In this document: piece after piece, positions 19,679 through 29,801 of the stretch
Layout: each line of letters starts with the position of its first letter
Position numbering within the stretch: the stretch's first letter is position 1
From: a virus
DNA length: 64,000 nucleotides
IMG/VR virus record: IMGVR_UViG_3300029136_000219
Location: 56,475 to 120,474 of that record
Strand: one strand, 5' to 3'
Translations under genes and position numbers: made by a program
The notes under the pieces: model-generated
What the model saw: the letters and a program-made list of their open reading frames with translations, nothing else
Databases searched by the model: none
What the model was told of the DNA's origin: nothing

Positions 19679-20278
19679 ATGAAAATTATAATTGCTTGTG
19701 GAGCTGTTGTGTTGGTTATTATGTGTCTTGTGATAAACCACCAAAAAAATATGAAAAATAAGAAAAAGAAAGATGAAATTGTGAAATTTATTCAAAATTT
19801 ATCTTTAGATGATTTTGATTTTATCTTATCAAAAAAAGAAAATGCAATTGAAATATCAAAATATAATATAAGCAAAATTGTTTATCCTGATAAAAAAATT
19901 CGCTTAAAAATTAGCAATATTATATCACCATGTCGCTCTTTTATGGAAATATTTAATGATATTAAAGAATTAACTATTGATGCAAATGAAAAAGAAATTA
20001 AAGAATTTTATCTTCTTTTGAATGATGCTGATTCTATGAAATTAGATATATGTTATTTAAGAGCAATTGTCAAAAATCAAAAACTAAAAGAAGTAATTAA
20101 AATTATAAACAAAAATTATAACTTTGTTAGGACTCCTAAATATTTTGCGTTTTACAATATTGATTTAAGTCCTTATTTTGAAAGTCAAAAATTTCTATTC
20201 ACAGATAAAAACAAAGAAGCGTTATTGGAAGAAATCAAAAGCTTTTTCTTGGTACGAGTAAACGGAATTTACAATTAA
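19679..20278 (+). CDS. hypothetical protein
   Basis: GGGGAG RBS. N-terminal TM helix. Confidence 0.55.
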   Translation: MKIIIACGAVVLVIMCLVINHQKNMKNKKKKDEIVKFIQNLSLDDFDFILSKKENAIEISKYNISKIVYPDKKIRLKISNIISPCRSFMEIFNDIKELTIDANEKEIKEFYLLLNDADSMKLDICYLRAIVKNQKLKEVIKIINKNYNFVRTPKYFAFYNIDLSPYFESQKFLFTDKNKEALLEEIKSFFLVRVNGIYN

Positions 20279-20451
20279 TCACCCAAAATGTCAAAAAAAG
20301 AACTACCTTAATTGGTGGTTCTTTTTCTGTTTGTAAACAATTTGTGAAAATTACGAAATATTTCAAAAAAAAATGAAATATTTGCGATTTATATAGTGGA
20401 GACTGAAAAAGAATAAACAACGTTTTCGTAATTTTAGGAGGATTTTTTATG
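20262..20451 (+). repeat. ~190-bp direct repeat, copy 2
   Basis: See 19025-19216. Confidence 0.75.
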
Positions 20452-21930
20452 AGAACAACAGGAAAATTAAATTTACACAAAATAATTCAAGATAACTTGA
20501 ATTTATATATCAAAAAAATTAACGAAAAATACATATATCCTATTGATTACGCTTCACCATGTATTATTTTGTTTGACTTAATTATGGATATTATAAGAAA
20601 GAATAAAGATAATTTCTTGTTTTATAATTCATCACATAGTCTCAACGGAAGATTTACCAGTTTTGAATTTATATATTTTAATAAAGATAATTATGATATT
20701 GTAAAACAATTTGCCAAAACTTATGAAGAAATATATAAAACAGGCAAAAATCCGGGCGATGTGGAATTGAAAATAAGGACTATGAGGCTTGAAATAACAA
20801 TTTCAGATTATATTGCAATAACTGTGCAACCTTATCAATGGGTTGAATTATATTGGGATAGAAGTTTTAAAAAACTTAAAATATCTACAACTACAAAAAT
20901 TGGTAATAAACAATTAATGTTAATATACAATGACGGAAGTATATATTCTCAAAAGAAAAATTCAAAACAGTTTTATCCGTCTTCAATACATAAAGTTTTA
21001 GATCTTCCACCTGAAATTGCAGAATTAATATTTAAATTTTGCACATATAAAAATTATTTTTACAAAGATTTTTTGAATGAAAATTATCAATCAACTTTGG
21101 CACTAAATAATTTACAAAAATACCACAGTAAAAGTGAATACATGAATGATGTATTTCCTATCGCTAATTTTCCAAACAAAAGTAACAAACTTGAATTCTT
21201 GAATTTGTATATGATAGGTAGCGCGGCTAAATATATTTTACCGGAGCAAATATCATTATTATTTGAAGATGCATTTTTGTGTGACAATTATGATCATAAA
21301 TTTATGCCGGTCAGAATTAATCAAAAAGTTTGTGCCGAAGAATATTTAAAAGCAATATTAAAAAAGAGGTTTCACGATAAAGGAGATATAGATTGGTATA
21401 ATTCATACTATTATATAATTGATGATTATATAGATATGGCAATAGAACTTGGCGAAAAAATCAATTTAAAGGAAAGAAAAAGAAATATTCTTCAACTTCA
21501 CGATTATTATTGTGATAGGATAGCTGCCAAAAAAGCAGCTAAAGGCAGAAAAAAATTACAAATTCCTGAAACACCATTAAAGTATTTAGAATTGCCTGAT
21601 AACTATAAAAAGCTTGAAAGATATAATGAATTTGTATCAGAAGGCAAAAAACAACACAATTGTGTTGCAAGCTATATAAGCGATGTGGAAGATGGCAAAT
21701 GCATGATTTTTAGTGCAACTGTGAATGATGAACGATTGACAATCGAAATCTGTAAAACAAAGACATCGTTTAAAATTAGTCAGTGCTTAAAACATTTTAA
21801 CGAAAGATGCTTACCTGAAACATTTAAAATCGTAGAAACAGATGTAAAAAATGCAACAGAAAACGCTTATAAAAAATATAACACCATTCAAAAAAGAAGA
21901 AAAAACAAAGAATTAAAGGCAAAATTATAG
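20449..21930 (+). CDS. PcfJ-like domain protein
   Basis: C-terminal segment EFVSEGKKQHNCVASYISDVEDGKCMIFSATV resembles the PcfJ-like domain of conjugative-plasmid proteins. Confidence 0.55.
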   Translation: MRTTGKLNLHKIIQDNLNLYIKKINEKYIYPIDYASPCIILFDLIMDIIRKNKDNFLFYNSSHSLNGRFTSFEFIYFNKDNYDIVKQFAKTYEEIYKTGKNPGDVELKIRTMRLEITISDYIAITVQPYQWVELYWDRSFKKLKISTTTKIGNKQLMLIYNDGSIYSQKKNSKQFYPSSIHKVLDLPPEIAELIFKFCTYKNYFYKDFLNENYQSTLALNNLQKYHSKSEYMNDVFPIANFPNKSNKLEFLNLYMIGSAAKYILPEQISLLFEDAFLCDNYDHKFMPVRINQKVCAEEYLKAILKKRFHDKGDIDWYNSYYYIIDDYIDMAIELGEKINLKERKRNILQLHDYYCDRIAAKKAAKGRKKLQIPETPLKYLELPDNYKKLERYNEFVSEGKKQHNCVASYISDVEDGKCMIFSATVNDERLTIEICKTKTSFKISQCLKHFNERCLPETFKIVETDVKNATENAYKKYNTIQKRRKNKELKAKL

Positions 21931-21943
21931 AAAGGACTAAATT

Positions 21944-22432
21944 ATGGAAGAATTCAAGGTAGAATTAGAAAATTTAACTGATAAAGAAAAGAAAACTTTT
22001 CTTCACTTGGTTAAAAAAAGTAAAAAAAGTCGCAGAAAACATATGAACGAAATATATTACAGTATTGCTGAAGATGGAAATATTGTCGGCAGTGTTGAAA
22101 ACGATACCTTCTACGATGAAAGCTGTTGGAAATTTGGAAATTATTATAACACCAAAGAAGAAGCTGAATTTGCAAAGCAAAAGCAATTAGTATATCAAGA
22201 GTTGAAAAAATATGCCTTAGAACATAATACTGAGAAAATTGATTGGACTAATAATTGTTCAAGCAAATTTTATATTACTTATGGTTATCAAAATAACGAA
22301 TTATTTATTTATAATATGCAGACAGTTAAATGTCCAAACACGGTATATTTTACCTCTGAAAAGATTGCAGAAAATGCAATTAAAGATATTGGTGAAGATA
22401 GAATTAAGAAATATTTATTTGAAATTGATTAA
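21944..22432 (+). CDS. hypothetical protein
   Basis: GAAAGGA RBS. Confidence 0.55.
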   Translation: MEEFKVELENLTDKEKKTFLHLVKKSKKSRRKHMNEIYYSIAEDGNIVGSVENDTFYDESCWKFGNYYNTKEEAEFAKQKQLVYQELKKYALEHNTEKIDWTNNCSSKFYITYGYQNNELFIYNMQTVKCPNTVYFTSEKIAENAIKDIGEDRIKKYLFEID

Positions 22433-22447
22433 AAGGAGACAAAGACA

Positions 22448-22879
22448 ATGCCAATTAAAAACTATACAACAAAAATTGATTGTTACCAGTCAATTGGAGA
22501 AATACAAGGCGCTCTTGCAAAACACGGCGCAAGACAGATAATGATTGATTATGATGAAAACGGTAAGCCTACCGGAATTGCATTTAAGCTTGTAAACGGT
22601 AATCAGTCGCAAGCATTTATATTGCCGGCAAATATAGACGGCGTGCTTGAAACATTTAAAAAACAAAAAATCAAAGTTGATAGGGAACAGGCAGAAAAAA
22701 CAGCTTGGCGTAATGTACGAGATTGGATTCTTGCACAAATGGCATTTATCGAATCGGGTAATGTAGAAGTTGATGAAATATTCTTACCTTATCTGACTGA
22801 CGGTAAAAAAACGCTGTATCAAGCATATAAAACAGGACAACTACTATTAAGTGACGGAGGAAATACTTATAGTGCTTGA
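22448..22879 (+). CDS. hypothetical protein
   Basis: AAAGGAGA RBS. Confidence 0.55.
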   Translation: MPIKNYTTKIDCYQSIGEIQGALAKHGARQIMIDYDENGKPTGIAFKLVNGNQSQAFILPANIDGVLETFKKQKIKVDREQAEKTAWRNVRDWILAQMAFIESGNVEVDEIFLPYLTDGKKTLYQAYKTGQLLLSDGGNTYSA

Positions 22880-23753
22880 ATTTAACAAAATTTATGATAT
22901 GGAAGGCACAGAAGGGCTATATGCACTTGAACCTCACTCGGTTGACCTGATTGTTGCCGACCTGCCTTACGGCGTTACAAAGAACAAATACGATATACCT
23001 ATTCCTTTTCACAAAATGTGGGAAGCAATTGATTATGCACGAAAACCAAATACAGCTATTCTTCTGTTCGGGCAGGGTAAGTTTTATATTAATTTATGTG
23101 CAAGTAATATTGATATGTTTCGATATGACTATTGCTGGAACAAAATACTTACATCAGGTTTTCTTAATGCATCGAGTATGCCATTACGACAGCATGAGAA
23201 TATTGCTGTATTTTACGAACAAAGACCTACATACAATCCGCAATTTACAATAGGTCAACCTTTACATTCGAGGGGCAATTATACTCAAGACAAAGTTAAT
23301 TCAAATTATTCTGATTATAAACTAAACGATAACAGAAAAGGATGTGTAGATAAATATCCTACGGATATATTAAGCTTTCCGATTGCTGATGAAGATGTTG
23401 AATTTTATGTTGACGGCTTGGATTATGAAAATCAAATATTCTATATTAATGACTTTATAGAATTTCAAAAAGTCAATCCAAGCAAAGCTATTCATCAAAC
23501 AGAAAAACCGGCAGGACTTATGGATTTTCTTATTCGTACATATTCTAATCCCGGCGATTTAGTAGTTGACTTTACTTGTGGTTCTGCATCTACAAATTTA
23601 GCTGCAATAAGAAACAAAAGAAAAACAATTGGATTTGATTTCGGTAAATGTTTAAATCCAAAAAGTAAATATTATTTACAAAAATGGGCTGACATCGGAA
23701 ATCAAAGAATAAAAGAGCTGATGGATATGCCTGAACAGATTACATTTGTATAA
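22851..23753 (+). CDS. DNA methyltransferase, beta-class (N6-adenine or N4-cytosine)
   Basis: Motif IV DLPYG precedes motif I (VVDFTCGSAST), which is the beta-class order. The start may be GTG 22872 or ATG 22899. Confidence 0.75.
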   Translation: MTEEILIVLEFNKIYDMEGTEGLYALEPHSVDLIVADLPYGVTKNKYDIPIPFHKMWEAIDYARKPNTAILLFGQGKFYINLCASNIDMFRYDYCWNKILTSGFLNASSMPLRQHENIAVFYEQRPTYNPQFTIGQPLHSRGNYTQDKVNSNYSDYKLNDNRKGCVDKYPTDILSFPIADEDVEFYVDGLDYENQIFYINDFIEFQKVNPSKAIHQTEKPAGLMDFLIRTYSNPGDLVVDFTCGSASTNLAAIRNKRKTIGFDFGKCLNPKSKYYLQKWADIGNQRIKELMDMPEQITFV

Positions 23754-23763
23754 GGGAGAGATT

Positions 23764-24051
23764 ATGATAACAAATTATAACAACAAAGTAGCAAATTACA
23801 TTATTATACCAAATAATTTAAAAGAAATTTTAATAGAAAAATTCAAATCGTTAAATATTGAGAGCACCGTTTTAAGTTCAAGCGGTATCTATCTCAACAA
23901 AGGTCAAACAATGTTTTTGGCTGTGACTAATTTTACTAAGTCGGATGAAATTAAATCAATTCTTACAGAATTTGAAATTGATAATAATGATAAGTTGAAA
24001 CAACATATTATTTTCTTTACCGTACCGGTACTTGATTTTAATGTTATCTAA
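23764..24051 (+). CDS. hypothetical protein
   Basis: ATG after AGGGAGAG. Confidence 0.5.
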   Translation: MITNYNNKVANYIIIPNNLKEILIEKFKSLNIESTVLSSSGIYLNKGQTMFLAVTNFTKSDEIKSILTEFEIDNNDKLKQHIIFFTVPVLDFNVI

Positions 24052-24070
24052 ATTAGAGAGGAAACTTTTT

Positions 24071-24330
24071 ATGACAAATAAAAATTATTAGAACAAAATT
24101 TAGCTCATTGTGAAGATTGTGAGAATTTTTATCAAGATAATTGCAAAGACACTTGTGCATACGGAATTTACAGAACTGCCATGGAAAAGCAAATACCTGA
24201 AGAAGCTATAATATACAACTTTCCTAAAGCAACAGTAGGTTTTTGCCCTGAATGTGGTAATTTACTTGGCAAACACTCGAAATACTGTGACATGTGCGGA
24301 CAAGCTGTAATTAACAGCTAATTATAGGAG
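24071..24330 (+). pseudogene. frameshifted paralog of the zinc-ribbon gene 13069-13329
   Basis: ATG-ACA-AAT-AAA-AAT-TAT-TAG stops after 6 codons. The -1 frame continues as LEQNLAHCEDCENFYQDNCKDTCAYGIYRT...CPECGNLLGKHSKYCDMCGQ, colinear with the 13069 protein. Confidence 0.55.
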
Positions 24331-24338
24331 ATTTTGTT

Positions 24339-24893
24339 GTGGAGAATAATTATAATTTAGAAAACAAAAGTAGACAAAACCGAAGACTAAAAAAACTATA
24401 TTTCAAAGAAAAATTCATCAAAATGATAAAGGATAACAAGACTTCTATAATTATATTATTTGTGTACTTTTTGATAGGATTGGCAGTCGTTCTTATTAAA
24501 AATTACAAACATGAGCTTACAGAAGACTTCTTTTTGGTTTTTGCTACATCTTACTTGGCTTGTGCTATGATTTTTTACGCCTGTTTATCATTGATAATTG
24601 GTTGGATGACGGGGAAAAGGGAATTTAATAAAAAAATGGCTTGTTTACCGTTGTCAAGTGATGAAATTTCTGCAAACAATATTAAGTCTGCTGATGATTA
24701 TATTGAATTTCTTAATAAATATCTTTCAGGTGAAAAAATGCCCGGATATTTAGAAAAAGCAATTGAAGAAGATATAAAAAGTCGTTTTCGTACAGAGGGC
24801 AATCTGTATTATGATTATCGGTATTTCCCAACTCTCCCAATGAAATATTGCTGGAACGGTAAAAAAACTCAAACAGAAGAGGAACAAAAATGA
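24339..24893 (+). CDS. membrane protein (paralog family with 14165 and 34025)
   Basis: GTG after TAGGAG. Shared LPLSSDEI...DDYIEFLNKYL module. Confidence 0.6.
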   Translation: MENNYNLENKSRQNRRLKKLYFKEKFIKMIKDNKTSIIILFVYFLIGLAVVLIKNYKHELTEDFFLVFATSYLACAMIFYACLSLIIGWMTGKREFNKKMACLPLSSDEISANNIKSADDYIEFLNKYLSGEKMPGYLEKAIEEDIKSRFRTEGNLYYDYRYFPTLPMKYCWNGKKTQTEEEQK

Positions 24894-25002
24894 GTTATAT
24901 CATATTTATTCAGAATATAAAAGAACTTATTAAACAATACCCAGTCACATTTATATTCCAAAAAGAACTTCCGGAAAAATGTGAATCAAAAGAGGAACAA
25001 AA

Positions 25003-25392
25003 ATGACATTTGAACATATGACTGCTGAGGAATATCAAAAAGAAATACTTGGCAAATGTAATAATAAAAGTGCTAAATATAAAAACAAATGTATTTGGTA
25101 TGATGGCTTGTATTTTCAATCACAGAAAGAACTTGATGATTATTTGGACCACAAAAGAATGCTTATGGCAGGTGAAATCGCAGGTTTTTTATGGCAGGGA
25201 ACACTTGTACTTGTTGAAGGTGGAAATACCTCAAAAGAACGTGCGGTGACTTATAAACCTGATGTTGTAACACTGTTTAATGATGGTACATACGAAATGA
25301 GAGAAGATAAAGGAAAGAAAACAAAAGACTATATCATCAAAAAGAAATTAATATTAAAAAAATATCCAAGAGTTAATTTCAAAGAGGTGTGA
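25003..25392 (+). CDS. hypothetical protein (possible PD-(D/E)xK-like nuclease)
   Basis: PDVV...EMREDKG pattern. Weak evidence. Confidence 0.45.
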   Translation: MTFEHMTAEEYQKEILGKCNNKSAKYKNKCIWYDGLYFQSQKELDDYLDHKRMLMAGEIAGFLWQGTLVLVEGGNTSKERAVTYKPDVVTLFNDGTYEMREDKGKKTKDYIIKKKLILKKYPRVNFKEV

Positions 25393-25396
25393 TATA

Positions 25397-25558
25397 TGTA
25401 CTTTATTCTTGCAATGCTTTTTACTACATTATATATTGGATTCTATTTTTTTATTTATGGGAAAAAAGAAAAAGATTTCAGAAAAGCTAAAATACTTTTT
25501 TCTTTAACATTATTTTTTTATGCTACTTTTATTATAACTATTATAGTGCAAAAATAAG
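25397..25558 (+). CDS. small membrane protein (53 aa)
   Basis: AAGAGGTG RBS. Two hydrophobic helices. Confidence 0.35.
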
Positions 25559-25587
25559 CGACATTTAAGAAAAGGAGGAAATAATTA

Positions 25588-27564
25588 ATGTTTATAGAAC
25601 ATGAGAATGTAATTGATGTTTTAAAATATTCTATGAAAAGAATGCCAAAATCAGCAGACGATGATGATATTATAAATTTCTTTCCTAAAAAATATATTGA
25701 TTATACGAAATTTCGATATGCAAAACCTGAATGTGTGAATAAAGAAGTTTGCTTAAAATTGCATCTTAAAGATTTTGATATTGGTAGAGCCTCTACCTAT
25801 GTTCAATATTCTTTGGGTCGTTGTGTTGATGAATTTACAAAAAGAAGAGTAAATGTTATGTGGTTCGATCAAGAAGACATAATTGATTTTCTTCGTAATA
25901 GATGCGGAAAAACAATATATGTATGTGGAACTTTGAACTATAGTGAAGAATATAACATTTATTCTATAACAAATCCTAATATAACAACTGAATATGAAAA
26001 TACGGCTTTGACTATTTTTCCGGCGTATGTCGGAGTACCAAGCACGGACTATTTCAATTACAAAGATTACAGAAAAAATTTAAGAGAAATTCTTGATGTT
26101 TATTATTTTGATGAATGGATTCCTGAGTACATAAGAAAAGAATGTAACCTTATGACTTTGGAAGAAGCATATAAGGAAATTCATTTTCCTACAACTTTTA
26201 GAAGATTAAAAAGAGCACTTTCAACAGTAGATTTCAATAAAATGTTGAAGTATTCTATTAATCTTGCAAAACAAAAAGATAGAAATTGTACAACTACAGC
26301 ATTTATTCCTAAAAATTTAAAAATTGTAAGTGAAATTGCTAAAAAACTGCCGTATGAATTAACTAATGACCAAAAGCAAACGATTAATTCTATTCTTTCA
26401 AATATGAAAACCGGTAATTGCGAAACAGCATTGGTCCAAGGTGATGTTGGTTCAGGCAAAACTATTGTAGCTGTTATGCTTATGGCAACAATGGCAAAAT
26501 CAGGCTATCAATCTGTTTTAGTTGCTCCTACTACTGTATTAGCAGAACAACATTATAAAAACATAAAAGAATTATGTGAACCATTTGGAATTAAAACCGT
26601 TTTCTTAACATCAAGTATTAAAACTGCTGAAAAAAGAAAAATTACGAAAGAAATCAATGAAGGCAAATACGATATTATAGTTGGAACTCATTCAGTTCTT
26701 AATGATGATATTGAATATAACAATTTGGCTTTAATTGTAACGGATGAAGAACATAAATTTGGCGTAGCTCAAAGAGAAAAGTTGAGAAATAAATCAACAG
26801 AAAATGTTCATTCAATTTCTATGACTGCCACACCTATCCCAAGAACCCTTGCAACAACACTTTACGGTGATTGGATAAATGTATATACGATAAAAGAAAA
26901 GCCTAAAGGAAGATCTCCTGTAAAAACAATAATTGATAATGATTATGAAAGTAGCTTTGAATTTTTAAACGAGGAAATAAAAAAAGGTCATCAATGTTAT
27001 GTCGTTGCTCCTAAAATTGAAAAGGATACCAAAAGAAAAAGCAGCGTTCTTTCCGTAAAACAATTAACAGAAAAACTTGAAGATTTTTTTGATGAAGTAA
27101 ATCCTTCTGTTAAGATTCAAAGTTTAACCGGAAAAACAAGTGCTGAAAGCAAATCAAATATTTTGAATGATTTTTCAGATAATAAAATTCAAATCTTGGT
27201 TTCAACAACTGTTATTGAGGTTGGCGTTAATATTCCTAATGCAACTGTAATTGCTATTTCAAATGCTGAAATGTTTGGCTTGGCTTCTTTACATCAGCTT
27301 AGAGGTAGGGTAGGCAGAAGCAACTTGCAGTCATATTGTTTGTTGATTTCAGATAAAGGCAATAATGAGCGACTTAATGCTCTTGTTTCAACAAATGACG
27401 GCTTTGAAATTGCAAAGCAAGATTTCTATCAGCGTGGCTCAGGTGATTTGGTAGGTGTTACGCAATCCGGTTTTACGGAAGAAATTGCAATTATGCTCAA
27501 TCGACCAAAAATGTTTGAATTTGCACAAAGGTATGCTAAAAATTTAAAGAATTTGTCTGTTTAA
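25588..27564 (+). CDS. RecG-like ATP-dependent DNA helicase
   Basis: LVQGDVGSGKTIVA Walker A. DEEH box. TATPIPRTLA motif typical of the RecG/Mfd family. 658 aa. Confidence 0.8.
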   Translation: MFIEHENVIDVLKYSMKRMPKSADDDDIINFFPKKYIDYTKFRYAKPECVNKEVCLKLHLKDFDIGRASTYVQYSLGRCVDEFTKRRVNVMWFDQEDIIDFLRNRCGKTIYVCGTLNYSEEYNIYSITNPNITTEYENTALTIFPAYVGVPSTDYFNYKDYRKNLREILDVYYFDEWIPEYIRKECNLMTLEEAYKEIHFPTTFRRLKRALSTVDFNKMLKYSINLAKQKDRNCTTTAFIPKNLKIVSEIAKKLPYELTNDQKQTINSILSNMKTGNCETALVQGDVGSGKTIVAVMLMATMAKSGYQSVLVAPTTVLAEQHYKNIKELCEPFGIKTVFLTSSIKTAEKRKITKEINEGKYDIIVGTHSVLNDDIEYNNLALIVTDEEHKFGVAQREKLRNKSTENVHSISMTATPIPRTLATTLYGDWINVYTIKEKPKGRSPVKTIIDNDYESSFEFLNEEIKKGHQCYVVAPKIEKDTKRKSSVLSVKQLTEKLEDFFDEVNPSVKIQSLTGKTSAESKSNILNDFSDNKIQILVSTTVIEVGVNIPNATVIAISNAEMFGLASLHQLRGRVGRSNLQSYCLLISDKGNNERLNALVSTNDGFEIAKQDFYQRGSGDLVGVTQSGFTEEIAIMLNRPKMFEFAQRYAKNLKNLSV

Positions 27565-27580
27565 TGAAAAGGAGAAAAAA

Positions 27581-28315
27581 ATGAAACCAATTTACGAACC
27601 TAAAGGTGCCGCAAAAGAATATGGCAATTATGCTGTTAATATCTACACAGGCTGTCCTCATAACTGTTTTTACTGCTTCGCACCAAATGTATTGCATAAG
27701 AAAAAAGATGATTTTCACAGCCTTGTAGAACCTCGTAAAGACATTGTAAACGAAGTAAAAAAGCAAATAGAAAGAGAAAAAATAACAGGTAAAACTATTC
27801 ATTTATGCTTCACTTGTGACCCTTATCCATTTGGATATGATTCAACACCAACAAGAGAAATTATTAAAATTATTAAAAATTCCGGCAATCATGTTCAAAT
27901 TCTTACTAAAAACGGCAAAGATGCAATGAGAGATTTTGATTTGCTTGATAGTAATGATTGGTTTGGTGTAACCTACGCAGGTTATTCTGTTCAGGCAAAT
28001 TTAGATATTTCTCCTGATGAACCTAATGCCGGTAAAATTTCAGACAGATTAACAGCTTTAAAAACAGCTCATTCAAAAGGTATTAAAACATGGGTATCTG
28101 CTGAACCGGTACTTAATGCAGAAAGTGTATTAAATTTATTTAAAAAAGCTGATTATGTTGATTTATTTAAAGTGGGTAAGCTTAATTATCATAAGTCTGA
28201 TATTGATTGGAAATCTTTTGGCAAAAGTGCAGTTGAGTTATTGGACCTTAACAAGAAGTTATATGGTTCTGATTACTATATCAAAGATAGCTTAAGAAAA
28301 GAAATGGAAAAATAA
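27581..28315 (+). CDS. radical SAM protein (COG1533/SplB-like)
   Basis: YTGCPHNCFYCFA gives the CX3CX2C cluster in the context typical of SplB-like 'DNA repair photolyase' radical SAM proteins. Confidence 0.65.
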   Translation: MKPIYEPKGAAKEYGNYAVNIYTGCPHNCFYCFAPNVLHKKKDDFHSLVEPRKDIVNEVKKQIEREKITGKTIHLCFTCDPYPFGYDSTPTREIIKIIKNSGNHVQILTKNGKDAMRDFDLLDSNDWFGVTYAGYSVQANLDISPDEPNAGKISDRLTALKTAHSKGIKTWVSAEPVLNAESVLNLFKKADYVDLFKVGKLNYHKSDIDWKSFGKSAVELLDLNKKLYGSDYYIKDSLRKEMEK

Positions 28316-28318
28316 CTT

Positions 28319-28867
28319 ATGGAAACTGAACTTACAAAAACGCTGAAAAAATTAACACATTATTTTAAGCCTATAATGCATACTCAAATGAGAACTTTGA
28401 GATATGCTGACGAAGTTTGGACTCCTACCGGCATTGTTGATAGCATTCGTTTTGAGGATTTTCCGACTAAAGAATTAAACGATTGCAGAAAACTAAAACA
28501 TAACGAGCCTTGTAAATTAGGACAAAAAGAAGTCGGCAAATGTTGCAAAGGGTGTGTATTTTATCAACATGCCGTTTTAGAAACAGGTATTTGTGTTACT
28601 TGCTTTGAAGTAAAAATTACATTTGAAGATTTTAAAAGCCCACACGGACATAATTTTTGTGGTAACAGAAATTATTATGTTGTACCTAAAGAATTAGCTA
28701 CTAAAATAGTGGATTTAGTACCAGATGATATTGGTATTATTACATATCATGGTCATAACTATATGAGGGTTTATAAGGAATGTAAATTTAAGGAAATTAC
28801 TGAAGAATTAAAATGCCGATTGCTATATGACGGACTGAAAAAATGGTGTGATGGAAATCAAAAATAA
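28319..28867 (+). CDS. Cys/His-rich hypothetical protein
   Basis: 182-aa ORF tightly coupled to the radical SAM gene. Confidence 0.55.
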   Translation: METELTKTLKKLTHYFKPIMHTQMRTLRYADEVWTPTGIVDSIRFEDFPTKELNDCRKLKHNEPCKLGQKEVGKCCKGCVFYQHAVLETGICVTCFEVKITFEDFKSPHGHNFCGNRNYYVVPKELATKIVDLVPDDIGIITYHGHNYMRVYKECKFKEITEELKCRLLYDGLKKWCDGNQK

Positions 28868-28884
28868 TTAAGGAGAAATTTAAT

Positions 28885-29076
28885 ATGACAAATACCAAAA
28901 CAGTTTCACCAAGTGTAAAATCCGGCTATTCAGATGATTATAAAAGAATTAGAAACGATGCTGAGCGCAATTGGCCAGAATGGAAAATTGCTGCATACAA
29001 TGAAAACTTTGCAGTTTCTATATATGCAAAAAAACTAACATCAATTAAAGAAATATTGACGGTTACGAAGGAATAA
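28885..29076 (+). CDS. small hypothetical protein
   Basis: AAGGAGA RBS. Confidence 0.5.
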   Translation: MTNTKTVSPSVKSGYSDDYKRIRNDAERNWPEWKIAAYNENFAVSIYAKKLTSIKEILTVTKE

Positions 29077-29221
29077 TAGTAAATACTCTTCTTGGCAGTA
29101 ATCATTCTCAAAATGATAATATTCCTGCTGTACAGAATATTTACATTGAACGAACTGATATTTTAAAAAAATTACACTTATTGGAATTGAAAAATTATAT
29201 GATTGTTTGGAGGTCTAAACT

Positions 29222-29725
29222 ATGAGTAGCACAAAATTATTAGGAATAAAAAAAGAAGGATGGTTGGGAGAGGAAATTAAATCTTATAAAAATGGCATGT
29301 TATTCGTGCCTACTGTTTGCGATAAACTTCTACACAAATATGTGCCGGAAAGTGAAAGAACAAAAATTGATTTTGATTTTTCAATTATTGATTCATATTT
29401 ATTTGTTGGCAATTGGAAAAAACTTAACGACAAGATTAGTGATTCTAATTGTTTTGAAGATCGTATTGTATGGAATTTATGTCGTTCTTGTATTTTCTCC
29501 GCAAAAGATAAAGAAAAGGTAGCTAACTGTATTATTAAGTTTATGAATGATAATTCTTCTGATGATTATTTACTTGATGTTAAAAGAGCCAAAGAAATTG
29601 CTGAGGATATACGAAATCTTGATGAAAAATATAAATATTTTTGTATTCATTCCACTTCTTGTGATGATTTTGTGGTAATTACATCAGATAATAAAATTTC
29701 ACATATTAATACTTCTATAGGATAG
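29222..29725 (+). CDS. hypothetical protein (tandem paralog A)
   Basis: Upstream AAAAATTATATGATTGTTTGGAGGT is shared with paralog B. About 60% identical to 29802. Confidence 0.6.
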   Translation: MSSTKLLGIKKEGWLGEEIKSYKNGMLFVPTVCDKLLHKYVPESERTKIDFDFSIIDSYLFVGNWKKLNDKISDSNCFEDRIVWNLCRSCIFSAKDKEKVANCIIKFMNDNSSDDYLLDVKRAKEIAEDIRNLDEKYKYFCIHSTSCDDFVVITSDNKISHINTSIG

Positions 29726-29801
29726 TAACAAAATTTTATATATAAATAATTGAAAATAAAGAAATAATAAAAATTATATGATTGTTTGGAGGTATGAAAA
29801 T

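Noticed and set aside
22239-23253. + strand alternative-frame ORFs 22239-22541 and 22951-23253
   Set aside because: They overlap the better-supported genes 21944-22432, 22448-22879 and the methyltransferase, which carries clear catalytic motifs, in other frames.
29778-29801. Track start 29778 (MIVWRYEN...) for tandem paralog B
   Set aside because: The ATG at 29802 follows TGGAGGT exactly as in paralog A (29222). Upstream residues would be translated RBS sequence.
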